Below, in pieces: positions 51,031 through 64,000 of a stretch of DNA of 64,000 nt; within the stretch, counting starts at the first letter, position 1; each line of letters opens with the position of its first letter. A model generated the notes under the pieces. The model saw nothing but the letters and a program-made list of their open reading frames with translations. It was not told where the DNA came from and ran no database searches. The position numbers and the translations under genes were made by a program. This DNA is from Gallionella sp. (GTDB taxonomy: Bacteria > Pseudomonadota > Gammaproteobacteria > Burkholderiales > Gallionellaceae): contig JBEBKA010000004.1 in NCBI GenBank assembly GCA_040079595.1, positions 875 to 64,874 on the forward strand. The letters are read 5' to 3'.

Positions 51031-52071
51031 ATGAAAAAAGTATTGATCCTCGGTGTGAACGGTTTTATTGGTCACCATCTATCCAACCGCATTCTCGCCA
51101 CCACCGATTGGGAAGTGTACGGCATGGACATGAGCACTGACCGTATCTCCGATTTGATCGGTAAGCCGCGCTTCCATTTCTTTGAGGGCGACATCACCAT
51201 CAACAAGGAATGGGTTGAGTATCACGTCAAAAAATGCGATGTGATTTTGCCGCTGGTGGCGATTGCCACACCCTCTACCTACGTGAAGCAACCACTGCGT
51301 GTGTTTGAATTGGACTTTGAAGCCAACTTACCTATCGTGCGTGCGGCTGTGAAATACGGCAAGCATTTAGTGTTTCCTTCTACTTCAGAAGTATATGGCA
51401 TGTGTCATGACGAAGAATTTGACCCAGAGGAATCCGAATTGGTGTGCGGCCCGATCAATAAACCACGTTGGATTTATTCATGCTCCAAGCAGTTGATGGA
51501 TCGCGTGATCTGGGGCTATGGCATGGAGGGCTTGAACTTTACATTGTTCCGTCCGTTCAATTGGATCGGCGCGGGATTGGATTCAATCCATACAGCCAAG
51601 GAAGGCAGTTCGCGAGTAGTCACGCAATTTCTCGGTCACATTGTGCGCGGCGAGAACATTAGCTTGGTGGATGGTGGTCATCAGAAACGCGCTTTCACTT
51701 ACATTGATGACGGAATCAGCGCGCTGATGAAAATCATCGACAATAAAAATGGTGTGGCAACTGGCAAAATTTACAACATTGGCAACCCCACCAACAACTA
51801 TGCAATTTGCGATCTGGCCAACATGATGTTGAAACTGGCGCATGAGTATCCTGAATACCAAGCCTTAGCTAAACAAGTCAAAATCGTTGAAACTACCTCG
51901 GCAGCGTATTACGGCAAGGGCTATCAAGACGTGCAAAATCGCGTACCGAAAATCACCAATACCTGCGAAGAACTGGATTGGAAACCAACCGTCAACATGG
52001 CTGATACCTTGCGCAATATCTTTGATGCGTATCGTGGGCAAGTTGCAGAGGCGCGTGGGTTAGTGGACTGA
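51031..52071 (+). CDS. arnA: UDP-glucuronate oxidase/decarboxylase (ArnA C-terminal module)
   Basis: LILGVNGFIG, PSTSEVYG, RWIYSCSKQ, RPFNWIG. Confidence 0.9.
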   Translation: MKKVLILGVNGFIGHHLSNRILATTDWEVYGMDMSTDRISDLIGKPRFHFFEGDITINKEWVEYHVKKCDVILPLVAIATPSTYVKQPLRVFELDFEANLPIVRAAVKYGKHLVFPSTSEVYGMCHDEEFDPEESELVCGPINKPRWIYSCSKQLMDRVIWGYGMEGLNFTLFRPFNWIGAGLDSIHTAKEGSSRVVTQFLGHIVRGENISLVDGGHQKRAFTYIDDGISALMKIIDNKNGVATGKIYNIGNPTNNYAICDLANMMLKLAHEYPEYQALAKQVKIVETTSAAYYGKGYQDVQNRVPKITNTCEELDWKPTVNMADTLRNIFDAYRGQVAEARGLVD

Positions 52072-52084
52072 GCGCGTACTTTCT

Positions 52085-52648
52085 ATGAATAATCTTCCAG
52101 AAGACATTCGATGTGAATTGTCTGGCACTGAACAAGTGCTTTGGTTTGGTCAGCCGCGCCAAGGTGTTATTGTTCGTGGCTCAGATGTTTTCCTCATTCC
52201 TTTTAGTTTGATGTGGTGTGGGTTTGCTATTTTCTGGGAAATGTCGGTTCTTAAAGCACCTAACGCCTCAGGATTTTTTGTGTTTTGGGGGCTTCCATTC
52301 ATCGCTGTTGGTGTTTATATGGTGGTAGGGCGTTTTTTCGCAGAGTCTAAACAACGCTCACGTACATTCTATGCAGTTACGAGCGAACGGATTTTAATCG
52401 TTTCAGGATTGTTCTCTCGTAAGGTTAAGTCGCTTAGCCTTCGCACACTTGCTGATTTATCTATTGTGGAGAGTGCGAATAGTGAGGGTTCTATATCCTT
52501 TGGTGCTGGGTCGCCTTTTAGCTCAATGTTTGCAAGTATGCCAAATTGGCCGGGCTTGGAAGCGCATGTTGGTCCGCGTTTCGATCTTATAAGCAATGCA
52601 AAATCAGTTTTTGAAATTATTCGAAGCGCACAGCGAACATCTATCTAG
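52085..52648 (+). CDS. Membrane protein with bacterial PH-like domain
   Basis: Two TM helices then YAVTSERILI motif. Confidence 0.6.
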   Translation: MNNLPEDIRCELSGTEQVLWFGQPRQGVIVRGSDVFLIPFSLMWCGFAIFWEMSVLKAPNASGFFVFWGLPFIAVGVYMVVGRFFAESKQRSRTFYAVTSERILIVSGLFSRKVKSLSLRTLADLSIVESANSEGSISFGAGSPFSSMFASMPNWPGLEAHVGPRFDLISNAKSVFEIIRSAQRTSI

Positions 52649-52653
52649 CACGC

Positions 52654-52738
52654 GTAAGTCGGATGATCGATAGTTCTATCCGACGTTAAAAGTGATGTGG
52701 AGTTTGTGTCGGATAACGCTAACGCTCATCCGACCTAC
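52654..52738. repeat. Inverted GTAG-family REP doublet
   Basis: GTAAGTCGGATGATCGATAGTTCTATCCGAC (52654-52684) and reverse complement of GTAGGTCGGATGAGCGTTAGCGTTATCCGAC (52708-52738). Confidence 0.8.
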
Positions 52739-52868
52739 AATTTCCACACAGCGTAACGTGCGAAGCCGAGACAAGGCAAAAGATGATGAGAAACCGAAAA
52801 AAATTTTGGTACATGGGGATTTTGAATAATCTTTTAAAGCCGTAATCAGAAAGTGTAGTAGTTGAGTT

Positions 52869-54062
52869 TTACAACCACCCCATCTTGGGCAATTCGCCCA
52901 CCAACGGCGCAACATAATCCAGCCACGCTTGCGTCACGTCATTGCCCGCCGCGTTGATATATTCATCTTTCATGTGAGTTGCCTCGCGTGCCACGGATGA
53001 TAACGGCGTGATGAAGCATTCACTCTGATACGGCGAACTGCTCAAGCGACGAATTGCCACTGAACCTGGCTCTCCCGTTTTCGCCGCGTGGTTCACCGCG
53101 TGATCACCTACCATGCGCGCTTCCTTGGCATCAATGGGGGAAATAATGGTTGGGAAAGAGCGTTGCAAGTAACCAAATGTGTCGGCACGTACGCGCACTT
53201 TTTGTCCGGCGAACGCATCTTTTACCAACGCAGCAAGTGTGTCACCCAATGCGCCACTGCCAGATAATTGAATGTTACCGTGCGAATCTTTTTCGCCGCT
53301 GGTGGAAATTGGATTGCCGTCTTTGTCGCTGATGCCTTCCGATGCCGCGATGACACAGCGACCATATCTCGCCACGGTATCGCGCACGTCTTGTTTGAAT
53401 TGCTCAATGTTAAATACGCGTTCCGGCAAGTAAATCAGGTGCGGGCCATCGTCGGGTGCTTGTCGCGCCAGTGCCGATGCGGCTGTTAAAAAGCCCGCGC
53501 TGCGACCCATCACTACGTTGACCTTGATGCCTGCTAATGCGCGGTTGTCGCGATCATCGCCCATAAAAGCCAGCGCCACAAAGCGCGCGGCGGAAGCGAA
53601 GCCTGGGCAGTGATCAGTAACTTTCAAATCGTTGTCGATAGTCTTCGGGATATGTACCGTGCAGAAATCGTAATTCGCTTCCTTCGCCATCTCCGCGATT
53701 ATGTGTGCAGTCTCGGCGGAATCGTTACCGCCGATGTAGAAAAAATATCGCACGTCATTTTTCTTGAACACTTCAAATACTTTTTCGCATTCTGCTTTGC
53801 CCGGCTTTAAGCGCACTGAACCAAGTGCGGCAGCCGGTGTGGTCGCCACCAGCTCCAGTTGCTCGACGCTTTGCGTGGTGAGGTCGATGAAATCTTCTTT
53901 CATAATCCCCGCAATGCCGTGATGCGCACCCAGTATGCCGGTGATGTTGGGCTGTTTGCGCGCCGCCAGCACCGCGCCAACCAAGGATTGATTGATAACA
54001 GCAGTAGGTCCGCCCGATTGACCGATTACCATTTTTCCGACTAGCTTTAATTGAATTGTCAT
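52869..54062 (-). CDS. pfp: 6-phosphofructokinase, probably PPi-dependent
   Basis: QSGGPT, GGNDS (Asp at specificity position), PKTIDND, MGRSAG. Confidence 0.85.
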   Translation of the reverse strand: MTIQLKLVGKMVIGQSGGPTAVINQSLVGAVLAARKQPNITGILGAHHGIAGIMKEDFIDLTTQSVEQLELVATTPAAALGSVRLKPGKAECEKVFEVFKKNDVRYFFYIGGNDSAETAHIIAEMAKEANYDFCTVHIPKTIDNDLKVTDHCPGFASAARFVALAFMGDDRDNRALAGIKVNVVMGRSAGFLTAASALARQAPDDGPHLIYLPERVFNIEQFKQDVRDTVARYGRCVIAASEGISDKDGNPISTSGEKDSHGNIQLSGSGALGDTLAALVKDAFAGQKVRVRADTFGYLQRSFPTIISPIDAKEARMVGDHAVNHAAKTGEPGSVAIRRLSSSPYQSECFITPLSSVAREATHMKDEYINAAGNDVTQAWLDYVAPLVGELPKMGWL

Positions 54063-54187
54063 TGCGTCATCCCTCCTGAGTAAGTCACGGCATTCTAAAC
54101 CTAATACGGTGCTGCGGCATCTGGCGGCATCGCTTATAATTACGCGTTTTTAATTCAACCCACTTTCGACACTTTCAAGGAAATCGC

Positions 54188-54730
54188 ATGAGTCTGTTAA
54201 ACGTCCGCCCCGGCAAAAATCTGCCCCACGAATGTAATGTCATTATTGAAATCCCCAAGCACGCTGATCCCGTTAAATACGAAGTCGATAAAGACGCGGG
54301 CGTGTTGGTAGTAGATCGCTTCATCGGTTCACTGATGCGCTACCCTGCCAATTACGGCTTCATCCCGGAAACCATCGCGGACGACGGTGACCCTGTCGAT
54401 GTATTGGTCGTTACGCCCTTCCCTATCGTGCATGGCGCAATCATCGCATGCCGCCCTGTCGGCGTATTGCAAATGTCTGACGAAGGTGGAGACGATGCCA
54501 AAATCATCGCCGTGCCAACTGATAAGCTCACACCACTGTATCACAATGTAAAAACCTATAAAGATTTGCCAGAAATCACGCTGGAACAAATTAAACATTT
54601 CTTTGAGTTGTACAAAGCCCTTGAGCCGGGTAAATGGGTCAAAATCAGAGGCTGGGAAGGGGTAGAAGCCGCCCATGCGGAAATTACCAAGGGTTTAGCG
54701 TTGTATCAAAAATCTATCGCTGGGAAATAA
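54188..54730 (+). CDS. ppa: Family I inorganic pyrophosphatase
   Basis: [32 protein letters not shown]. Confidence 0.96.
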   Translation: MSLLNVRPGKNLPHECNVIIEIPKHADPVKYEVDKDAGVLVVDRFIGSLMRYPANYGFIPETIADDGDPVDVLVVTPFPIVHGAIIACRPVGVLQMSDEGGDDAKIIAVPTDKLTPLYHNVKTYKDLPEITLEQIKHFFELYKALEPGKWVKIRGWEGVEAAHAEITKGLALYQKSIAGK

Positions 54731-54743
54731 TTAGGAGCACATC

Positions 54744-55604
54744 ATGTCCGCACATATCATCGACGGAAAAACCATCGCCCAGCAAGTACGCGCTGAATGG
54801 AAAGTGCGCGCAGATGCACTGAAAGCGCGCGGCATCACACCGGGCATGGCAGTCGTCATCGTCGGCAATGATCCTGCTTCCAAAGTGTATGTTGCCAACA
54901 AAGTGAAAGCCTGTTCCGAGCTGGGGCTATATTCCATACACTGCGAATTGCCTGCGGATGTCACTGAAGCGCAACTATTGGGTGAAGTCGATGCTCTGAA
55001 TAACGATCCAAAGATACACGGCATCTTGGTGCAATTGCCCCTGCCTAAACATCTGGACGCGAACAAAGTCATCGAAGCGATTAACCCAGACAAAGACGTG
55101 GATGGCTTTCATCAGAAAAACGTTGGCGCATTGGTCACAGGCGAAACGCCCTTCCCTTCTTGCACACCCTACGGCGTGATGGTGTTGCTGGAAAAAACCG
55201 GCATCACGATTGAAGGCAAACACGCGGTGATTGTGGGTCGCAGCAACATTGTTGGCAAACCGATGGCACTGATGTTATTGCACAAAAATGCCACCGTCAC
55301 CATCTGCACCTCCAAGACTGTCGACCTCGCCAAACACACCCGCGATGCCGATATTTTGGTCGCCGCAGTAGGCAAAGCAAACTTCATCACCGGAGACATG
55401 GTTAAGCCAGGCTCAACCGTGATTGATGTCGGCATCAACCGCAATGCCGAAGGAAAACTGGTAGGTGATGTGGATTTCAACAGCGTCAAAGAAGTAGCAG
55501 GCCACCTCACCCCCGTGCCGGGTGGCGTAGGGCCGATGACGATTACGATGCTGGTAGCGAATACCGTGAGAGCGGCAGAGCGATTGTCTGAAGTAAGCAA
55601 GTAA
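54744..55604 (+). CDS. folD: Methylenetetrahydrofolate dehydrogenase/cyclohydrolase
   Basis: [32 protein letters not shown]. Confidence 0.97.
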   Translation: MSAHIIDGKTIAQQVRAEWKVRADALKARGITPGMAVVIVGNDPASKVYVANKVKACSELGLYSIHCELPADVTEAQLLGEVDALNNDPKIHGILVQLPLPKHLDANKVIEAINPDKDVDGFHQKNVGALVTGETPFPSCTPYGVMVLLEKTGITIEGKHAVIVGRSNIVGKPMALMLLHKNATVTICTSKTVDLAKHTRDADILVAAVGKANFITGDMVKPGSTVIDVGINRNAEGKLVGDVDFNSVKEVAGHLTPVPGGVGPMTITMLVANTVRAAERLSEVSK

Positions 55605-55640
55605 GCAGCCCTCGCCTTTCAAATCAATCTAACAACTCGG

Positions 55641-57437
55641 TTGAATGACATGAGAAAAGATTGGAAATCCAACCTGCATTTCGCTTCATACACAGACAGA
55701 GGCAATTTGCTGTTCCTCACCGCGCTCTGGCTGCTCAGTTTGGTGATGGTTAATCCGACAGGTAATTTCCCACTCAATGACGATTGGTCGTATGGCTTGG
55801 CAGTCAAGCAATTAGTCGAAAGTGGTGAATTTCGTCCGACGGGCTGGACATCTATGCCGCTCATCACCCAAGCACTGTGGGGTTATTTGTTCTGTCTTCC
55901 GTTCGGGTTTTCTTTCGAAACACTGCGACTTTCCACGCTCACACTTTCTCTGCTTGGTATTTTTGGAAGTTACTACCTCATCAGGGAGCTACATCCATCC
56001 AGATTGCTTGCGCTGGTTGTCTCACTGATAGTAGCTTTCAATCCCATCTACTACGCGCTGTCCACCACGTTTATGACGGATGTCCCTTTCACGGCAGTCG
56101 CGATAGTTGCTGCAATTTTCTTTGTGCGGCATTTGAAACAAAGCTCTCGTGTGGATTGGATAATCGGTACATTATTTTGCATTGCAGCCACCTTAACCAG
56201 GCAACTTGCTCTTGCCATTCCGATTGCATTCGCCGTAGCGTTTATTCTAAAAAACAGATTTTCAATTCGCCACACCATTCTCGCAATTGCCCCTGCTTTA
56301 CTGTGTATAAGCGCATTGCTGCTTTTCCAATACTGGCTCACCTCCACCGGTCGTTTGCCCGCGCTTTACAATGCCCAAAGTAAAGATTTACTCAATGCGC
56401 TTGAGAGCCCTGGAATAGTTTTCAAAGTGATTGGCAATACTTTCTTGGCCATGCTCTACATGGGTTGGTTTTTATTACCCATGCTTATTCTCAACATGAA
56501 AGAAGTTTTTGAAGCCGTAAGAAATAATACGGGGTTGCGGCTTGCCCTCATCATCGCCACACTGATTTTTTTAACTCTGGCGATATTCGCATGGTTTTCA
56601 GGCTTCCATATTCCCAGTCCACACCAAGGCAACACTATTCACACTGCGGGGATAGGCACACTGACATTGCGCGATACCTATTTTTTGAAACCCGAATTTC
56701 AGTTGCACCAAGATCAGTCTCTTTTTGGCACGCTGTCATTGCACGACACTTATTTTTTGCAACTTCCGCATGTAACGGCATTACCCCTAAGTTTTTGGGT
56801 GCTAATGACCATCGCAGCTTTAATTGGGACAACCATTCTGACACTCGTACTGCTACTCACCGTAAAAAAATTATTCTCAACATCTTCGGATAAAAACAAT
56901 TCCGACCAAGCCATCACTTGCTTTGTATTACTGAGTGTCGCGATTTATATGATTCCGCTGGTGATAGGCGGATTTTTGGATCGCTATCTTGTGCCTGTTA
57001 TACCTTTGGTCGCTGCTGGCGTTGCAAGCCTAAGCGCAAGGTTGCCTGCACTGCCTGACACTCAATCATTGTCTCGTTATGCCACGCCCACATTTATCAT
57101 CGCACTATTTGTTGCACTTACCATTTGCGGCACACACGATTATTTTGCATGGAACAAAGCGCGCTGGACAGCATTGAATGAGTTGACCCAAAGCAAGCTC
57201 GCATCGCCTGGAGATGTGGATGGTGGGTTTGAGTTCAACGGTCTAAATTTGTACGATCCCGAATTTAGAACCACACGCGATAAAAGCTGGTGGTGGGTGC
57301 ATAACGATACTTATCTGCTGACTTTCGGTGCTGTGCAAGGTTATTCAATCGTCAAAGAGTACCCCTACAAAAAATGGATGCCTCCTAGCGATGCGTCCGT
57401 TTATATACTACAGAAGAATAGCCACAATTTTCGGTAG
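55641..57437 (+). CDS. GT-C (ArnT/PMT-like) multi-pass glycosyltransferase
   Basis: NDDWSY loop, MTDVPF, about 12 TM segments, DRYL. Confidence 0.75.
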   Translation: MNDMRKDWKSNLHFASYTDRGNLLFLTALWLLSLVMVNPTGNFPLNDDWSYGLAVKQLVESGEFRPTGWTSMPLITQALWGYLFCLPFGFSFETLRLSTLTLSLLGIFGSYYLIRELHPSRLLALVVSLIVAFNPIYYALSTTFMTDVPFTAVAIVAAIFFVRHLKQSSRVDWIIGTLFCIAATLTRQLALAIPIAFAVAFILKNRFSIRHTILAIAPALLCISALLLFQYWLTSTGRLPALYNAQSKDLLNALESPGIVFKVIGNTFLAMLYMGWFLLPMLILNMKEVFEAVRNNTGLRLALIIATLIFLTLAIFAWFSGFHIPSPHQGNTIHTAGIGTLTLRDTYFLKPEFQLHQDQSLFGTLSLHDTYFLQLPHVTALPLSFWVLMTIAALIGTTILTLVLLLTVKKLFSTSSDKNNSDQAITCFVLLSVAIYMIPLVIGGFLDRYLVPVIPLVAAGVASLSARLPALPDTQSLSRYATPTFIIALFVALTICGTHDYFAWNKARWTALNELTQSKLASPGDVDGGFEFNGLNLYDPEFRTTRDKSWWWVHNDTYLLTFGAVQGYSIVKEYPYKKWMPPSDASVYILQKNSHNFR

Positions 57438-57444
57438 GCTCGCA

Positions 57445-57780
57445 CTACTTTGACACCATCGGTGTAGTCGAAGCAGCTGTCGCCCGCTTTGCTTTTTCCT
57501 GTGCAGTTGAGTCTTCCAGTACTTGATAAAAAACCTCGCCCTGCTTAATCATACCAAGCTCGCTACGTGCGCGTTCTTCGATCGCTTCTGTGCCTTGCTT
57601 GAGGTCGCGCACTTCGGCATCTAATAAGGCGTTGCGTGTTTTGGTTTGCTGGTTCTCGGCTTGCTGTTTTTCGAGCTGACGATTGAGATCCCACACCGTT
57701 AACCAGCTACCTTTGCCCAGCCACAGCGGGTACTGCAAGAGCAATAAGATAATCACCAAAATTATTGTTATGCCTCGCAT
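57445..57780 (-). CDS. ftsB: Cell division protein FtsB
   Basis: TM, WLGKGS, coiled coil, [10 protein letters not shown]; follows eno. Confidence 0.93.
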   Translation of the reverse strand: MRGITIILVIILLLLQYPLWLGKGSWLTVWDLNRQLEKQQAENQQTKTRNALLDAEVRDLKQGTEAIEERARSELGMIKQGEVFYQVLEDSTAQEKAKRATAASTTPMVSK

Positions 57781-57836
57781 GATTTGAATTCCATTGCATC
57801 GATGAAGATAAAGTACCGATGCAATGGAGAGGTAGA

Positions 57837-59147
<1,311 letters not shown>

Positions 59148-59169
59148 TTACAGGTTCTAAAAATTCAAA

Positions 59170-61718
<2,549 letters not shown>

Positions 61719-61725
61719 TTAAAGC

Positions 61726-61754
61726 AAAACTCCCGCAAATAGCGGGAGTTTTTT
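61726..61754. terminator. Intrinsic terminator after the RTX gene
   Basis: AAAACTCCCGC-AAATA-GCGGGAGTTTT with A/T tracts on both sides. Confidence 0.75.
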
Positions 61755-61776
61755 GGATGTTACGAGCTATGTTTGG

Positions 61777-64000
61777 TTATACCACCATAAAGTCTGCTAA
61801 CGATATTGGAGGCAAACCAGTCAGACTTGCAAAGAAAACTGATGATGCTCCTCCCGCACCATCAACATCGTAAAATAATCCGCCTCCAGTTGTGTTGTAA
61901 ATTATATGTTGATCTATAGTTGCAGCTTCTCTCATGCCAGCACCTGAAGCAAACACTGATGCTGACAACTCACCCACTGCACCAAGCCCACTAAATGCTA
62001 GCAAGGAAAGTTGGATATGGTCTGTACCATGAACAAAATCTAAAATCTGATCATACGTGCCATCTAATGGAGTATCAAATACAAAAGTGTCAGCACCGGC
62101 ACCACCTGTAAGCCTATCGATGTCTTGTCCACCAGCCAAAATATTATCGCCACTATTACCAAACAAATTGTTTCTGAGTTCGTTACCAGTGCCATTGATA
62201 TTCTCTGAACCAGTTAAAGCCAATTGTTCAACGTTCGCACCTAAAGCGTAACTTATGCTACTAAAGACAATATCCGTATCACCTACAAGAGCTGCATTAC
62301 TCTCAATTACCACGTCACCTGTATCATCCACGTAATATACGTCGTTGCCGCCCTTCCCAATCATAGTATCTGCACCAAGACCACCATTTATTACATTGTT
62401 ACCTTTCCCTCCAATAAGAGTATTGCCAAGTTCGTTACCCGTTCCATTAACTCCTATGTAGAGATTTTCGACGTTTGCATCCAAAGTATAATTTACTGCG
62501 GTAGTTTGCACTGTATCTATGCCTTCACCAGCAAATTCCACCACTGTGTCACCTTCACCCGTGAAATAGAAATCGTTGCCCAAGCCACCAGTTAACACAT
62601 TTGCACCTGTGTTAACTCCCCAACCATTTACTTTGGCGAACTGGTTAATTCCGTCTATTACATTGTCTGAGTCATTTCCTGTTCCATTAATAGCATTTGA
62701 GCCAAGCAATACGAGATTTTCTTCGTTGGCATTCAACTGATAGCCAACACTACTAAAAATTTTATCAACGCCCTCACCTGCGTTTTCAATTACAACGTCA
62801 CCTGCATTTTGTATGATGTAAGTATCATCACCCAAGCCCCCAATTAAAGTATTAGTTCCACTATTGCCTATTAGAATATTGTTAAATTCATTGCCAATTG
62901 CGTTGTGATTTGACGTTCCGCTCAAAGTAAGGTTTTCAACATTCGCACCCAAAGAGTAACTGACGCTGCTAATCACAGTATCGACACCAACATTCACCAT
63001 TCCATAAACAAAACTATCCTCAATTACCACATCACCAACATTATCGACATAATAAGTATCATTCCCGATGCCTGCCGACATCGTGTCTGCTCCAACACCA
63101 CCATCTAACACGTCGGAATTGCCACTTATAGAGGAGTTGTCAACAGTTAACACATTATCCAGGTCATTTCCCACTCCATACGCGCGGTAACTAAACCCAT
63201 TTAGTATGGACGTGTGTATCACTAGGTTCTCGACATTGGCACTCAAGGTGTAACTCATCGGAAATACAGTTGAAGGGTAGTGACCAAGTACGTTGCGAAC
63301 AATGACTGTATCTATTCCTTCCCCAACGTTTTCCACCACCTTATCCAGTTGATCAACCCAATAAGTATCGTTACCCACACCGCCCGACAATACATTAGCC
63401 GCAATGGTTCCAATACCGCTAAGAGTGTTATTGAGTAAGTTACCTATGCCGTAAATTGCATTCCCCACCAACGCTAAATTTTCAACGTTGTCATTCAGCG
63501 AGTAACTTATCAATGAACTGTATACAGTGTCCTTTCCACCATCCACGGCTTCGATGATAGTGTCGCCCTCAAAGTCCACGTGGTAAGTGTTATCTAAATT
63601 ATTTCCTATAGCCGTAAGTCCTGCACCTACCAACACCATGTTCTCTACATTCGCACTCAAGGTATAATCGACACTACTAAATATTGTGTCATCTGTACCC
63701 TCGTCTATATTTTCAATCACTGCATCGCCAACACTGTCCACATAATAAGTGTCGCTACCACCAGCTCCCGACATGGTGTCAGCTCCAGCACCGCCGTCAA
63801 TTATGTCAGCACCTCCACCTGAAGCATAGTTACCATTTGCATGAATGATGTTATTCAGTTCATTCCCCACTGCGATCACGTTATAAATGCGGTGGGAGAT
63901 ATTTAAATTTTCTACATTATTCGTCAAAGTGTAGCTTGTTAACTGCGTCTGCACTGTATCAATTCCTTCACCAGCACTTTCTACTACGATGTCGCCAACA
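61777..64000 (-). CDS. RTX calcium-binding repeat protein, 3' part (starts beyond window)
   Basis: Many GGxGxDx repeats alternating with D.V.E...G.D.V.SSV.Y.L.ANVENL units; C-terminal ADFMVV; frame open to window end. Confidence 0.9.
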   Translation of the reverse strand, partial: VGDIVVESAGEGIDTVQTQLTSYTLTNNVENLNISHRIYNVIAVGNELNNIIHANGNYASGGGADIIDGGAGADTMSGAGGSDTYYVDSVGDAVIENIDEGTDDTIFSSVDYTLSANVENMVLVGAGLTAIGNNLDNTYHVDFEGDTIIEAVDGGKDTVYSSLISYSLNDNVENLALVGNAIYGIGNLLNNTLSGIGTIAANVLSGGVGNDTYWVDQLDKVVENVGEGIDTVIVRNVLGHYPSTVFPMSYTLSANVENLVIHTSILNGFSYRAYGVGNDLDNVLTVDNSSISGNSDVLDGGVGADTMSAGIGNDTYYVDNVGDVVIEDSFVYGMVNVGVDTVISSVSYSLGANVENLTLSGTSNHNAIGNEFNNILIGNSGTNTLIGGLGDDTYIIQNAGDVVIENAGEGVDKIFSSVGYQLNANEENLVLLGSNAINGTGNDSDNVIDGINQFAKVNGWGVNTGANVLTGGLGNDFYFTGEGDTVVEFAGEGIDTVQTTAVNYTLDANVENLYIGVNGTGNELGNTLIGGKGNNVINGGLGADTMIGKGGNDVYYVDDTGDVVIESNAALVGDTDIVFSSISYALGANVEQLALTGSENINGTGNELRNNLFGNSGDNILAGGQDIDRLTGGAGADTFVFDTPLDGTYDQILDFVHGTDHIQLSLLAFSGLGAVGELSASVFASGAGMREAATIDQHIIYNTTGGGLFYDVDGAGGASSVFFASLTGLPPISLADFMVV

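Noticed and set aside
49890-52071. Split arnA as a novelty
   Set aside because: Separate formyltransferase and decarboxylase genes are already known in betaproteobacteria such as Burkholderia
61777-64000. Repetitive DNA as a possible CRISPR array
   Set aside because: Repeats are degenerate, in-frame RTX coding units with no identical repeat-spacer pattern and no cas genes

Overview
A mostly core-chromosome window from a betaproteobacterium; gene content and repeat families suggest Gallionellaceae (inference only). It opens with the end of an integrated element (Rep_trans-type rolling-circle initiator, HTH/excisionase, tyrosine integrase) abutting the 3' end of tRNA-Val(GAC), followed by a hidden two-lesion GIY-YIG pseudogene, dnaB, pgi and glgA. 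The conserved rpsB-tsf-pyrH-frr-uppS-cdsA-dxr-rseP-bamA-skp-lpxD-fabZ-lpxA-lpxB-rnhB cluster has three anomalies: ilvD between rpsB and tsf, a secreted-protein/adhesin fragment between cdsA and dxr, and an in-frame TAA in bamA. The most striking accessory feature is a ~4.5 kb integrase-less cassette (37633-42174) inserted at the 3' end of a CHASE2 gene. It is flanked by 72-bp imperfect direct repeats of that gene's tail and carries an outer-membrane barrel, a putative immunity/RTX-toxin pair (RTX truncated) and a DUF4160/DUF2442 toxin-antitoxin pair with an apparently leaderless promoter. The rest holds rluD/bamD, mlaA, typA, nadE, a partial arn cluster, PPi-PFK/ppa/folD, ftsB-eno-kdsA-pyrG and the 3' part of an RTX calcium-binding protein. 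Four unrelated families of palindromic REP-like intergenic repeats are present. No rRNA or CRISPR array was seen.
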